A stretch of 64,000 nucleotides of DNA, taken from the NCBI GenBank assembly GCA_963665115.1, contig OY762007.1, positions 7,040,001 to 7,104,000 of the forward strand, in the 5' to 3' direction. The notes beneath the pieces are model-generated. The model was not told the origin of the DNA, ran no database searches, and saw only the letters and a program-made list of their open reading frames with translations. The position numbers and the translations under genes are program-made. Origin of the DNA: an uncultured Rivularia sp. (GTDB taxonomy: Bacteria; Cyanobacteriota; Cyanobacteriia; Cyanobacteriales; Nostocaceae). Shown in pieces: positions 21,461 through 31,484 of this stretch (within the stretch, counting starts at the first letter, position 1; each line of letters begins with the position of its first letter).

Positions 21461-23068
21461 ATGACACAAGCACCTGTTTCTCCCGTGGTGCTAGTAATAT
21501 TGGACGGATGGGGTTACTGCGAGGAGACTAAAGGAAACGCCGTTGCCGCCTCTTCAACACCTGTTGTGGATAGCTTATTACAGGTTTATCCAAACACATT
21601 GATAAACACCTCCGGAAAAGCGGTGGGTTTGCCAGAAGGGCAGATGGGCAACTCAGAAGTAGGACATTTGAATATCGGCGCAGGGCGAGTTGTACCGCAG
21701 GAATTGGTACGAATTTCCGATGCTGTGGAAGACGGTTCGATTAATCAAAACCCAGCATTAGTTAAGATTTGCCAAGAAGTACGAGGTCGTCAAAGCAAAC
21801 TCCACTTAGTAGGATTATGCTCTGAAGGTGGCGTACATTCACATTTGAGCCATCTATTTGGCTTATTAGATTTAGCTAAAGCTCAGGGAATCTCAGAAAT
21901 TTGTATTCATGCTATCACTGATGGACGCGATACTAGACCGAGTGAAGCTATAAAAGCAATTGGACTTATTCAAGATTATATAGACCGTATAGGAGTAGGA
22001 CGCATTGTAACTATTAGCGGCCGCTACTATGCAATGGATAGAGATAAACGTTGGGATCGGATTCAAAGCGCTTACGATGTAATGACGCAAGACGTAAGAA
22101 GCGATCGCCTTTCTGCTGTAAAAGTGGTGCAAGAATCTTATGCAGAAGGGATAACAGATGAATTTATTATTCCTGTCAGAATAGCTGCCGGAGCCGTAGA
22201 AGCAGGAGACGGGGTAATATTTTTTAACTTCCGTCCCGATAGAGCTAGACAATTAACCCAGGCTTTTGTTAAGCCAGATTTCGACGGTTTTGAAACAAAG
22301 CAAATAGAACCGCTATCTTTTCTGACTTTTACGCAATACGAACAAGATTTACCAGTAGAAGTCGCCTTTAAACCTCAGAATCTGAATAATATTCTTGGTG
22401 AAGTAATTTCTCAACATGGTTTAAAGCAGTTCCGTACCGCTGAAACCGAAAAATACGCTCACGTGACTTATTTCTTCAATGGTGGTTTAGAGGAAGAACT
22501 CGAAGGAGAAGACCGAGAACTGGTAAGCTCTCCAATGGTGGCCACTTACGATCAAGCGCCGAAGATGTCAGCGCAAGCTGTCACCGACGTAGTTTTAGCA
22601 GCCATTAAAAAGAGAATTTATTCCTTAATAGTGGTTAACTATGCCAATCCAGATATGGTAGGGCATACAGGAAACATGGAAGCTACCGTCGAAGCATTAG
22701 AAGCGGTAGATAAATGTTTAGGAAAATTGTTAGAAGGAATAAGTAAAGCTGGAGGTACGGCATTAATTACAGCCGACCACGGTAATGCAGAATACATGAT
22801 GGATGAGACCGGAAATCCTTGGACTGCTCATACCACTAATCCAGTTCCTTTTATTGTCGTAGAAGGAGAGAAAGCAAAAATTGCCGGACACGCTACCGAC
22901 CTCAATTTAAGAACTGATGGTAAATTAGCTGACATTGCTCCTACTATTCTGGAGATTTTGCAGCTTCCTAAGCCACCAGAAATGACTGGAATATCTCTGT
23001 TCAAGCCAGCAGGATATGAGGTAAAAGTTCCTCGCAGCCCCATGAACTTGGTGATGCAGAATAATTGA
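21461..23068 (+). CDS. gpmI: 2,3-bisphosphoglycerate-independent phosphoglycerate mutase
   Basis: ILDGWG, MGNSEVGH, NFRPDR, TADHGN. Confidence 0.98.
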   Translation: MTQAPVSPVVLVILDGWGYCEETKGNAVAASSTPVVDSLLQVYPNTLINTSGKAVGLPEGQMGNSEVGHLNIGAGRVVPQELVRISDAVEDGSINQNPALVKICQEVRGRQSKLHLVGLCSEGGVHSHLSHLFGLLDLAKAQGISEICIHAITDGRDTRPSEAIKAIGLIQDYIDRIGVGRIVTISGRYYAMDRDKRWDRIQSAYDVMTQDVRSDRLSAVKVVQESYAEGITDEFIIPVRIAAGAVEAGDGVIFFNFRPDRARQLTQAFVKPDFDGFETKQIEPLSFLTFTQYEQDLPVEVAFKPQNLNNILGEVISQHGLKQFRTAETEKYAHVTYFFNGGLEEELEGEDRELVSSPMVATYDQAPKMSAQAVTDVVLAAIKKRIYSLIVVNYANPDMVGHTGNMEATVEALEAVDKCLGKLLEGISKAGGTALITADHGNAEYMMDETGNPWTAHTTNPVPFIVVEGEKAKIAGHATDLNLRTDGKLADIAPTILEILQLPKPPEMTGISLFKPAGYEVKVPRSPMNLVMQNN

Positions 23069-23077
23069 TTGAGTCGC

Positions 23078-23131
23078 GCCCTCACTCTATAAGAGTGGGG
23101 CTATACAAACAAAGCCCGCCTGCGCGGGCTA
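23078..23131. repeat. Double-hairpin dispersed repeat, family B, copy 1
   Basis: CCCTCACTCTataAGAGTGGGGCTAT...AAAGCCCGCctgcGCGGGCT; matches 43914-43966. Confidence 0.85.
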
Positions 23132-23275
23132 AATTCATGTTTAATAGGACTTTTTATTAAAGTTTAAGCAAAAGAATTAAGTTAAAATTTGTTTAATTAT
23201 TGGTTGTCAGGTATTAATTGGTTTATAAACCACTAACAACTAACTACCAACAACTAACTACTAACTCTCAAAATT

Positions 23276-23509
23276 ATGACTCTTTCAAACGTTATACAAG
23301 GCATCTGGGCATTTTCTGCTATTGGTTTAATTGTTTTAGTGATGCTACATAGCCCCAAAGGTGACGGAATTGGAGCAATCGGCGGACAAGCGCAACTTTT
23401 CAGCAGTACAAAAAGCGCTGAAAATACTTTAAATCGCGTTACCTGGACGCTAACAGTAGTTTTTCTCGGCTTAAGCGTAGTTTTAAGCGCAGGCTGGCTT
23501 CCTAAATAG
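23276..23509 (+). CDS. secG: Preprotein translocase subunit SecG
   Basis: LHSPKGDGIG, AENTLNRVTW; follows gpmI. Confidence 0.96.
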   Translation: MTLSNVIQGIWAFSAIGLIVLVMLHSPKGDGIGAIGGQAQLFSSTKSAENTLNRVTWTLTVVFLGLSVVLSAGWLPK

Positions 23510-23511
23510 GA

Positions 23512-24434
23512 ATGAGAAAAAAACTAAGCTTATTTAAACAATTAAAAATAGCTTTAGGATTGGCGATCGCCGCAGCACTGCTCGTTATTTCAACTAACGC
23601 GCAGTCTTTTGCTGTGTTTACAAACTTTGAATTAAAAAATAACTTGACAAAAGTACCGCAATATAATGGAGATTTAAAAGTAGAGAAAGCGGAACGGGGA
23701 ATTGACCTCACCCAGTCCCCTTGCGGACATCCCTCTCCTTAATAAGGAGAGGGAACGAGGGTGAGGTTTTAAATGTATTGGACTCAACCGAAAATCACTA
23801 TACTATCTCTCAAACTGCTTCTCTTTCACCACAAAAATCTCACCCTTTACCATCAACCTTGGCGAAATGGCAAGATGAAACAAATAGCGGTGATTATTTT
23901 GATGAAATTAAACCAACTAAATACGGTTATTTAATTTGGTCGCAATTTCCAGTTAAAGTTTATTTAGAAACATTAAATACGGTTAATAACAATCAATCTC
24001 AAAAATGGGTTGAGACTGTCTCGCAAACAGTAGAAGAATGGAATAATTATTTACCTTTAAAAATAGTTGAAAATCCAGAACTTGCGGATATTATAATTTT
24101 ACGCAAATCTCCACCGTTGAAGTTTACTCCTGGAAGTAGAATTCCTCGCGCTCGCTCTGCGGAAACTCGCTACAAAGTTTATACATTTGACAATAGTTTA
24201 TACCACCGATTTACTATCTTATTGAGTCCCAGTCAAACAGGTAAATACCTTTTAGCAGCCTCTCGCCACGAATTAGGTCATGCTTTAGGAATTTGGGGAC
24301 ATAGTAAAGATCAAAGTGACGCTTTATATTTTTCTCAAGTTAGGAATCCGCCGCAGGTTTCTGCTAGAGACGTGAATACTTTGAAGAAGATTTATCAGCA
24401 GAGTACTAATTTGGGGTGGGAAAATAATAATTAA
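23512..24434 (+). CDS. Secreted matrixin-like zinc metallopeptidase; frame broken inside an inserted palindromic repeat
   Basis: Signal peptide in ORF 23512-23742; HELGHALGIWGH zinc motif in ORF 23721-24434. Confidence 0.8.
23705..23767. repeat. Palindromic dispersed repeat inside the peptidase gene
   Basis: ACCTCACCC...CCCTCTCCTTAaTAAGGAGAGGG...GGGTGAGGT nested inverted repeats. Confidence 0.85.
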
Positions 24435-24916
24435 TGTTGTAGAGTCTCCAAATTTGGCGAATCATCACCACAATTATCATTTCTGATGCTTCCATCTGGC
24501 ATGATTGTATTACAGTAAATAGGGCTGGGGAGATCGATTGAAGCGCCATTCAAATCGGCTCCTCGGAGATTTGCATTTGTGAGGTTGGCACCATCTAAAT
24601 AGGTAAGACTGAGGTTAGCGTCGGTTAGATTAGCACCGCTTAAATTAGCTTCTGCCAAAATGGACATAAATAAATAAGTTTTATTCAAATTGGAATTGCT
24701 TAAATTAATCTCTTCTAAACTAGCTTGGCTAATATTGGCATCACTCAAATCGGAATTACTTAGGTTAGCTTTAATCAAATTAGAATCTGCTAATTCGGCT
24801 CCACTCAGGTTAATTCCACTCAAGTTGGTTCCTTCCAAATCGGCATCAGCCAAATCAGCCCCTCTGAAATCTCGCTCTCCCTTCTCATACCTTTGCAGCA
24901 ATTCTTCTTCATCCAT
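24431..24916 (-). CDS. Pentapeptide repeat protein
   Basis: A(D/N)Lxx repeats; ELLQRYEKGERDF N-cap; TIMPDGS end. Confidence 0.95.
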   Translation of the reverse strand: MDEEELLQRYEKGERDFRGADLADADLEGTNLSGINLSGAELADSNLIKANLSNSDLSDANISQASLEEINLSNSNLNKTYLFMSILAEANLSGANLTDANLSLTYLDGANLTNANLRGADLNGASIDLPSPIYCNTIMPDGSIRNDNCGDDSPNLETLQH

Positions 24917-25019
24917 AATTTAGCTTTTGGATTAATTGATGTATATAAAGATAACTCACTAAATTTCAATCGTATATTACTGTTTAACTGAATTATCTCG
25001 GTACAACCTAAAATACTGG

Positions 25020-25045
25020 GAGACGTAGCACTGCTACGTCTCTAC
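25020..25045 (-). repeat. REP-like palindrome, family A, copy 2 (supplies the stop codon of the glycosylase gene)
   Basis: GAGACGTAGCACTGCTACGTCTCTAC. Confidence 0.9.
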
Positions 25046-25717
25046 ATTAGTTATTCCACATTTTATATACTCGCACCGCTCCCCCAAAACACAATCACCA
25101 CAACGAGGATTCTTCGCAGTACAAATCCCTGCACCAAAATCAAATAGCGTCAGATTCCATATCCCCACATTACTTTTAGGTGCTATTTCTTCTGCTGCTT
25201 GCCAAAGTAAGGGACACCGTGACTTGACTCTCCCACCTTCAAAACCAAAGAAGCGTTCAAAAATCCGCGCTACGTTGGTGTCAATTACTGCTTTACTTTG
25301 CCCAAAAGCATTAGCACAAATCGAACGCGCTGTATATTTACCAACTCCAGGTAATTTGAGTAATTCTGCTTCTGTATGCGGAATCTTCTCTTGATATTCT
25401 TCAATTAATATTTTTGCTGTTTTGTAAAGTCTTTCGGCTCTAAATGAAAGTCCTAAAGGCTGTAATATATTTTTTATATCTATAAATTCTGCTTTGGCTA
25501 ACGCTTCAACTGTCGGATATTGCTCTATAAATTCTTCGTATATAGGAGCAACTAAGGGCGCGTTAGTTTTCTGCAACATGAATTATGCTACTAAAATCGC
25601 GTAAGCATATGAAGTATCGCGCCAAGGAAATTTTCTGCGGTGCTTTTTTCCCCAAGCTAATAATTCGCGACGAAACCATTTTATTTTATTTATATCGAAA
25701 TTAAAATCAAGATTCAC
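25034..25717 (-). pseudogene. HhH-GPD A/G or G/T mismatch DNA glycosylase (MutY/MIG-like) with an in-frame TAA
   Basis: From GTG 25717: ...RKFPWRDTSYAYAILVA*FMLQKT...LPGVGKYTA...DTNVAR...C-x6-C-x2-C-x5-C. Confidence 0.88.
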
Positions 25718-25808
25718 GCCCCCACTCCTAAAATAAATATAGTGCGACATCAAAAGCACATGAAGGTGCTAACGATCGCACTACAAAAAATAGATAAGTC
25801 TGTCAACT

Positions 25809-26972
25809 TTAAACGGCTTTTTTGGTTTGTTGGGGACGAAAATGCAATTTTTTTCCTCTTGCTATTTCTTCGTACAGCCTTTCTAATTGGCTTATATTCT
25901 TGCTGAGAGTATAACGTTCTAATACTCGCTGCCGTGCTTTTTGTCCTAACATTAATCCTAATTCTGGATGATCTTGGAATAATGGTAATAAAGTGCGTAA
26001 TTGCGATCGCACTCTATTTGTATCAAGCACTACACCAGCACCATCTTGCAATACTTCCCCGTCGGCACCTACTTCAGTTGCCAGACAAGCTAAACCACAA
26101 GCCATTGCTTCTAATAGAGATAAAGATAAACCTTCCACTAAGGACGGTAATATAAATACATCTGCTCCCCGTAATATTTCTATACGGCGATCGTCATCGG
26201 CAATGAATCCCAACCAGTTAATGCCATGTTCGGGACCGTAAAATGGCTCTAAACCGGCTCTTAAAGGACCATCACCAACTATTAATAATTTACTTTGGGA
26301 ACCCATTTCTGCCTGTCTCCAAGCACGCAGCAGGGCTTCAACATTCTTTTCGGTAGCAAGTCTTCCTTGATAGACAAATAAACGTTCGGCTTCAAATTCG
26401 GCTTTGATAGCTGAAAAACCGGGAGAATATTTATCAACGTCTACTCCATTCGGAATAACCGCAATATTTTCAGCAGGTACACCCATACGTGCTAGTAGTT
26501 CTCGTTGAAGTTGCGAAAATACAATCGTGCTGTTGTAATTGCCTAAAAAAGGTGCATACAATTGATACGCTAAAATTTGAGTTCCCGATACAAGTTTTGC
26601 TCCTTTGCCAGCGAATGGGGTATGGAAAGTAGCAATCAAGGGTATATTCAGTTTTTCGCAGATTTCTGGTAACAGAAAATCTATGAGGGATAAAGTCAGA
26701 GAAGCATGAACGATGTCTGGTTTAATTCTTTGTAGCGACTCAGTTAAAACCTTTGTCGCTTTAAATGTAGGAATTGTATAAACCTGAGACTTATAAATAA
26801 AAGGTAAAGGTACCTCCGGACAACTTAACTCCTTTGAGCCTTGGGATGCTTCTTGGGCAAAATGAAGAAAGCTAACTTCGTGTCCCCGTTCTAACAAGGC
26901 ATTTGTAATTTCTCTGCCATAAGTAACATTGCCACAAAAGGGCGTTTTTTTTCCAATCCACGCTATACGCAT
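25809..26972 (-). CDS. dgdA: GT4 glycosyltransferase, digalactosyldiacylglycerol synthase
   Basis: MRIAWIGKKTPFCGNVTYGRE N-terminus typical of cyanobacterial DgdA/Ycf82; EGLSLSLLEA; MFS-recO-deoC neighbourhood. Confidence 0.85.
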   Translation of the reverse strand: MRIAWIGKKTPFCGNVTYGREITNALLERGHEVSFLHFAQEASQGSKELSCPEVPLPFIYKSQVYTIPTFKATKVLTESLQRIKPDIVHASLTLSLIDFLLPEICEKLNIPLIATFHTPFAGKGAKLVSGTQILAYQLYAPFLGNYNSTIVFSQLQRELLARMGVPAENIAVIPNGVDVDKYSPGFSAIKAEFEAERLFVYQGRLATEKNVEALLRAWRQAEMGSQSKLLIVGDGPLRAGLEPFYGPEHGINWLGFIADDDRRIEILRGADVFILPSLVEGLSLSLLEAMACGLACLATEVGADGEVLQDGAGVVLDTNRVRSQLRTLLPLFQDHPELGLMLGQKARQRVLERYTLSKNISQLERLYEEIARGKKLHFRPQQTKKAV

Positions 26973-27472
26973 TCTTGATTAGTAATCTGGAAAGGGGTTT
27001 TATTCGATCGGCTTTTCTGTGAATTGAACTGATATGAATTTACGGTTGTATTTTCTGTCTTAGTGGACATCATAATATCTCCAACCTTACAACTTACAAC
27101 GCAAATTTTTACGTTTTTAAAACTCGTTTGTTTATGTCATAGTAATGCTGTTAATTACTATACGTTTTTATATAACAAATTGAGACTCTATGTATAACGC
27201 CTACTATAAGCACATTTGCTCTTCAATGCTAGAGGATACACATTAATTCTCATGTAATCTTACCACGGCATTCAAAGCTTTTTGTAAAGATAGCTATAAT
27301 GTCAAGCTAATTAATAACGATCGATATCCGATTAAAAAGCTTGTACAGTAGAAATCTCTTGATAGAAATTGTGTTGTTGAATTAACATTTTTTATTAATA
27401 TCAAATTTTTCCACTGTTTCCTATTTACCATTTTCTCTAACAGACTTAATAATGACTTTTCGCCGATCGATA

Positions 27473-28975
27473 TTAAGCCGATTTATACCGAGTTAATATA
27501 CCAGCAAAAAAGACAACAGCAGCTAATGTCAAAAAGACTGTTTGCAATCCAAAAAATGTTTCCGCAATACCTGCTAATGCCAAAGGTAAAGTTAGAGCAA
27601 TATTAACTAAATTGTTTTGCAACCCAAATACTTTACCGTGCATTTCCGTTGGGGTTTCAGTTTGAATGGCAGTTTGCAATGGAATACCGACTAACGCACC
27701 AGACAATCCTAAGAAACCGATTAAAGAAAGTACAGCCCATAATTGCTGGGTAAATATTGCCAAACCAGCCAAGGAAACAGCCATTCCCATAGATCCAGCC
27801 AAACTTAAGCGGGAAGTTGAGAAATTTTGACCAAATTGACCTAATAATATTGCACCAAGGGCGATACCAACACCACCAGATGCAAGTAAAAAGCCAAATT
27901 GCTCGGCTGTAATTGAAGGTATAACTTCTGCAATACGAACTGCCAATACGGTTAAAGCAGCTAAAACCGAAAACAAGATGATCAACTGAATCAAAGCATT
28001 ACGAAGACGATGATTTTCTCCCAAATACACCAACCCATCTTTTAAGTCAGAAAAAATATGGTTGGATTCTTTTTCTTTGTCTTGGGGTTTTTCATTGGTT
28101 GTCAACAGCAGCAAAATCAATCCGGCAACAATATAAGAGCCGCCGACTAAGATTTCTTTTCCTAATTCACCGCTACCTCCAACTTGCACCCACAAAGCGT
28201 CTGCGGCTGATAAAAGTGGTTCTCCGATGGCAAATCCGACAATTACCGATGCCATCATCGTTGTAGTGTAAAGCGAATTTGCACTAAGCAAGTTATGCGG
28301 TTTTACTATCAGGGGGATTACAGCTTGTTCGGCTGGTGCAAAAAACTGCGTTAAGGTGGAAACCAAAAAAGTTACTGCCAAAATTATTAAAAAACCAGCA
28401 GGAATATTATTTACACTCTGCCAACCCTTAGCCAACCAAAGCAGCGGAAAAATTCCTAAAACCAAAATACCGCGCCAAATATTAGTTGACACCAGCACTT
28501 GTTTTTTCCCCCATCTATCGACAAATACCCCGGCTATTGAACCAAATAGCACTGCGGGAATGGTAAAAGTCATCATCAAAGCCGATACCCAACCGCTAAT
28601 GCTGCTTCCCTCAGACTGAAACTGAGTATTAATCAAAGCAATCATCAGTACCAGATACACTTTATCTGCTAGCTGACAAAAAACTTGACCACCCCACAGA
28701 GCGAGAAAATTGGTATTTGTTAAAACGGGTAAAAAACCTTGTTCGTTTTTATTTACTTGATTTTTTTCATTCTTTTCTATGGATAAATCGGACTTGCGAT
28801 CAAACTTAACAGCAGCAGCTTGCGAATTATCTTCAAGCTTATTTTTGCTACTGCGATGGGAATATAATTCATTTTTAGTGTTATTTTCCCAATTCTTATT
28901 TTTGTCGGATTTAAGTCTTTCCGACATCGGTGTTTTCTGATTTCTATCGTTTTTAGAAACGTCTCCTGCTGACAT
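27473..28975 (-). CDS. Major facilitator superfamily transporter
   Basis: About 12 hydrophobic segments; motif A GVFVDRWGKK; QFFAPAE. Confidence 0.92.
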   Translation of the reverse strand: MSAGDVSKNDRNQKTPMSERLKSDKNKNWENNTKNELYSHRSSKNKLEDNSQAAAVKFDRKSDLSIEKNEKNQVNKNEQGFLPVLTNTNFLALWGGQVFCQLADKVYLVLMIALINTQFQSEGSSISGWVSALMMTFTIPAVLFGSIAGVFVDRWGKKQVLVSTNIWRGILVLGIFPLLWLAKGWQSVNNIPAGFLIILAVTFLVSTLTQFFAPAEQAVIPLIVKPHNLLSANSLYTTTMMASVIVGFAIGEPLLSAADALWVQVGGSGELGKEILVGGSYIVAGLILLLLTTNEKPQDKEKESNHIFSDLKDGLVYLGENHRLRNALIQLIILFSVLAALTVLAVRIAEVIPSITAEQFGFLLASGGVGIALGAILLGQFGQNFSTSRLSLAGSMGMAVSLAGLAIFTQQLWAVLSLIGFLGLSGALVGIPLQTAIQTETPTEMHGKVFGLQNNLVNIALTLPLALAGIAETFFGLQTVFLTLAAVVFFAGILTRYKSA

Positions 28976-29147
28976 TTCGTTTGTAGTTCTAAATCTACTT
29001 TATGGTGGACATGAGAAAGTGTGGTTAATTTAATTCAAGAAAAAATAATAACGGTACTAACCAAAAAATACCAGCTTATTGGCTTTTAAAATCTTTTTTT
29101 TGGCATAATGCCGCAAAAACTTAAATATCTTCACAGATTGTTTAAAA

Positions 29148-30083
29148 TTAGCTGCGATTTCTCGCAAAAAAAGAGTCTATTAAAGCTGCCGAACGAATTG
29201 AACGACCGAAATGGTATTGAGCATATTGTCTTAACAAACGTTCAATGTATAACCAGTCTTCATCAATAGCAGTTTCTTCTATTATCGACCATCGCGGTAG
29301 CTGCTGTAATAAACTTAGTTCCGAAGCACTCAACCGACGCAGCAAAGCCGGTAATTCTTCTTCATGGACAATGGTTTCGTAAGCCGGGGAGGGAGAAGTT
29401 TCTTTTTGAGCAGAAGAATAAATTCCACCTGACTCTTTAGCAACAGACGCAACTTCTAGCAGATTGTTTTCTTCAATTCTCCTTGTTTTTTCTGCTTTTG
29501 TTCGCAGATTTTCCCAAGCCGAGATTGAAACCACACCACCAGCATCAATACTGAAAGCTGTTAGGGCTTTAGGATTATCGAAATCTGGCGTAACCCGATT
29601 CCCAGTTAAACAGCAAGCTTCAACTTGAGGTTTCAAACCAGCCAAAGCCAAAAGTTGAAAAATACCATTTACCAGATATGCTAAAACACTCCGATTTTTA
29701 GGTAACTTTTCCAAACGATTTAGATGCTCGTTGAAAAGCTCAAACAACTCATCTTGAGGATATTCGCTTAAAGCTTGAGCAAGTACTATTTCCGCCAAAT
29801 ATTGAGAAGCTGCCAATTTACCCAAATCACCTCCCAAGCCGGGATAAGTTTTGATAGTCTGTGCTTGGGTAATTTTATCGATACTTCGTCCTTTTGCAAT
29901 CAGTAATTCATTCACCACAAACATCCCGCTTCTACCACCAAGACTAGAAAGATGCTTGCGTGCCCCCGGAGCAGTTGCCCGAATCAATCCAAATTCCCGC
30001 GTCAAAATTGTCACAATCCGATCCGATTCGCCAAACGCTTGGGCTTTTAAATTAATTCCAGTCGCTTTGTAGGTTCTACTCAT
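29148..30083 (-). CDS. recO: DNA repair protein RecO
   Basis: [21 protein letters not shown]. Confidence 0.96.
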   Translation of the reverse strand: MSRTYKATGINLKAQAFGESDRIVTILTREFGLIRATAPGARKHLSSLGGRSGMFVVNELLIAKGRSIDKITQAQTIKTYPGLGGDLGKLAASQYLAEIVLAQALSEYPQDELFELFNEHLNRLEKLPKNRSVLAYLVNGIFQLLALAGLKPQVEACCLTGNRVTPDFDNPKALTAFSIDAGGVVSISAWENLRTKAEKTRRIEENNLLEVASVAKESGGIYSSAQKETSPSPAYETIVHEEELPALLRRLSASELSLLQQLPRWSIIEETAIDEDWLYIERLLRQYAQYHFGRSIRSAALIDSFFARNRS

Positions 30084-30130
30084 TAATGGTTGTTAGTTGT
30101 TAGTGGTTAGTTGATAGTTGTTAGTAATGA

Positions 30131-30166
30131 GGGGGAAGAGGGGGTAGAGGGGGTAGAGGGGGTAGA
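30131..30166 (+). repeat. 9-bp G-rich tandem repeat, (GGGGGWAGA)x4
   Basis: Read directly; related units at 48647-48669 and 58782-58804. Confidence 0.85.
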
Positions 30167-30179
30167 TAACTATTAATTC

Positions 30180-30857
30180 CTAACTCTTAACTCCTTCCTC
30201 TCGCTGACGGAGTAAATCAACACCTCTAGAAGTACCCAACCTAGTAGCGCCTGCTAAGATTAATTCTAAAGCTTGGTCAACAGTGCGAATACCCCCAGAA
30301 GCTTTAATTTCAACTCTATCTTGCGCTACTTCCTTTAAAAGCCTTACATCTGCTAGCGTTGCACCACCATTCCAACCAGTACTAGTTTTCAGAAACGCCG
30401 CACCTGCATCCATTGATACTTCGGCAGCCAGTTTTTTCTCGGAATCGGTTAATAAATTAGTTTCTAAAATTACTTTGACAACTTGTCCAGTTTCTTCGCA
30501 AATCGCCGAAATTTCGCGGTGTATTTCTTCAGTTTTACCAGCCTTCAACCAACCTAAATTCATTACCATATCTAATTCAGTTGCACCGTTTTCTGCTGCT
30601 TCTTGCGCTTCATAAAGTTTCACAGCCGAAGTCGTTGCACCAGTGGTAAACCCAATTACAGTACAAACTTTCGGCTGTTTCCCATGCAAAAGTTCCGCTG
30701 CCAGACGTACCCAAGTAGGATTAATGCAAACCGATGCAAAATGATATTTATCTGCTTCTTGACACCATTGCTCAAGCTGTTGTTGAGTAGCTGTTGGGTG
30801 AAGTAGCGAGTGATCGATAAATGGCGCAATATCAATATCCGAATGTTCTGCTGCCAT
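30180..30857 (-). CDS. deoC: Deoxyribose-phosphate aldolase
   Basis: IDHSLL, KVILET, KTSTG, KASGGIR, RLGTS. Confidence 0.98.
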   Translation of the reverse strand: MAAEHSDIDIAPFIDHSLLHPTATQQQLEQWCQEADKYHFASVCINPTWVRLAAELLHGKQPKVCTVIGFTTGATTSAVKLYEAQEAAENGATELDMVMNLGWLKAGKTEEIHREISAICEETGQVVKVILETNLLTDSEKKLAAEVSMDAGAAFLKTSTGWNGGATLADVRLLKEVAQDRVEIKASGGIRTVDQALELILAGATRLGTSRGVDLLRQREEGVKS

Positions 30858-31120
30858 CGTTTTTTATACTAATTATGATTTACTCTTCTCAATAAGTAGA
30901 TTAATACTATTTTTGATAAATTGAGCGTTTATTTTAGAAAATTTTGTTGAATTAACGTTTAATCTATTCTTGTAGGGTGTGTTAAACGCACGACTGTATT
31001 TGATTGATACGATAATTTTCGATACGTTTAACGCACCATCCGAGATTAACTGCGTTACGGCAATTGATATTTATTCAAATTCTCGAATCTCTATATAGCT
31101 AGAAAATATCCTACTTTAAT

Positions 31121-31423
31121 ATGAATAAAAATAGTAAAAATATTTTTAATAAATGGATATCTTTAACGACTGATATTTACAATGATTTACCTAATATGCC
31201 ACCTTTAGCTTGTCCAAATTGCCATAAATTAGGAGTAGATTTTCAATTCATTGGAAATTTACAAACTAAAATTGGTTTTATGGTAGTTTGGTGTCCATTT
31301 TGTCTGCATGGAATACATTTATCAAGAGTGCGTATTCCTGAAAAAGCTCCAGCACTTCCTTTTGATACATCAGCAGAAGAAATTTCAAAACTAATTCCTA
31401 ATTTCACTCATGTAAAGCCATAG
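31121..31423 (+). CDS. Hypothetical 100-aa protein with two CxxC motifs
   Basis: CPNC and CPFC; AT-rich; opposite strand to both neighbours. Confidence 0.75.
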   Translation: MNKNSKNIFNKWISLTTDIYNDLPNMPPLACPNCHKLGVDFQFIGNLQTKIGFMVVWCPFCLHGIHLSRVRIPEKAPALPFDTSAEEISKLIPNFTHVKP

Positions 31424-31438
31424 CACAAAAAAAACAAG

Positions 31439-31464
31439 GAGACGTAGCAGTGCTACGTCTCTAC
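31439..31464 (-). repeat. REP-like palindrome, family A, copy 3
   Basis: GAGACGTAGCAGTGCTACGTCTCTAC. Confidence 0.9.
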
Positions 31465-31484
31465 ATCAATATTGCGTTGTAAAA

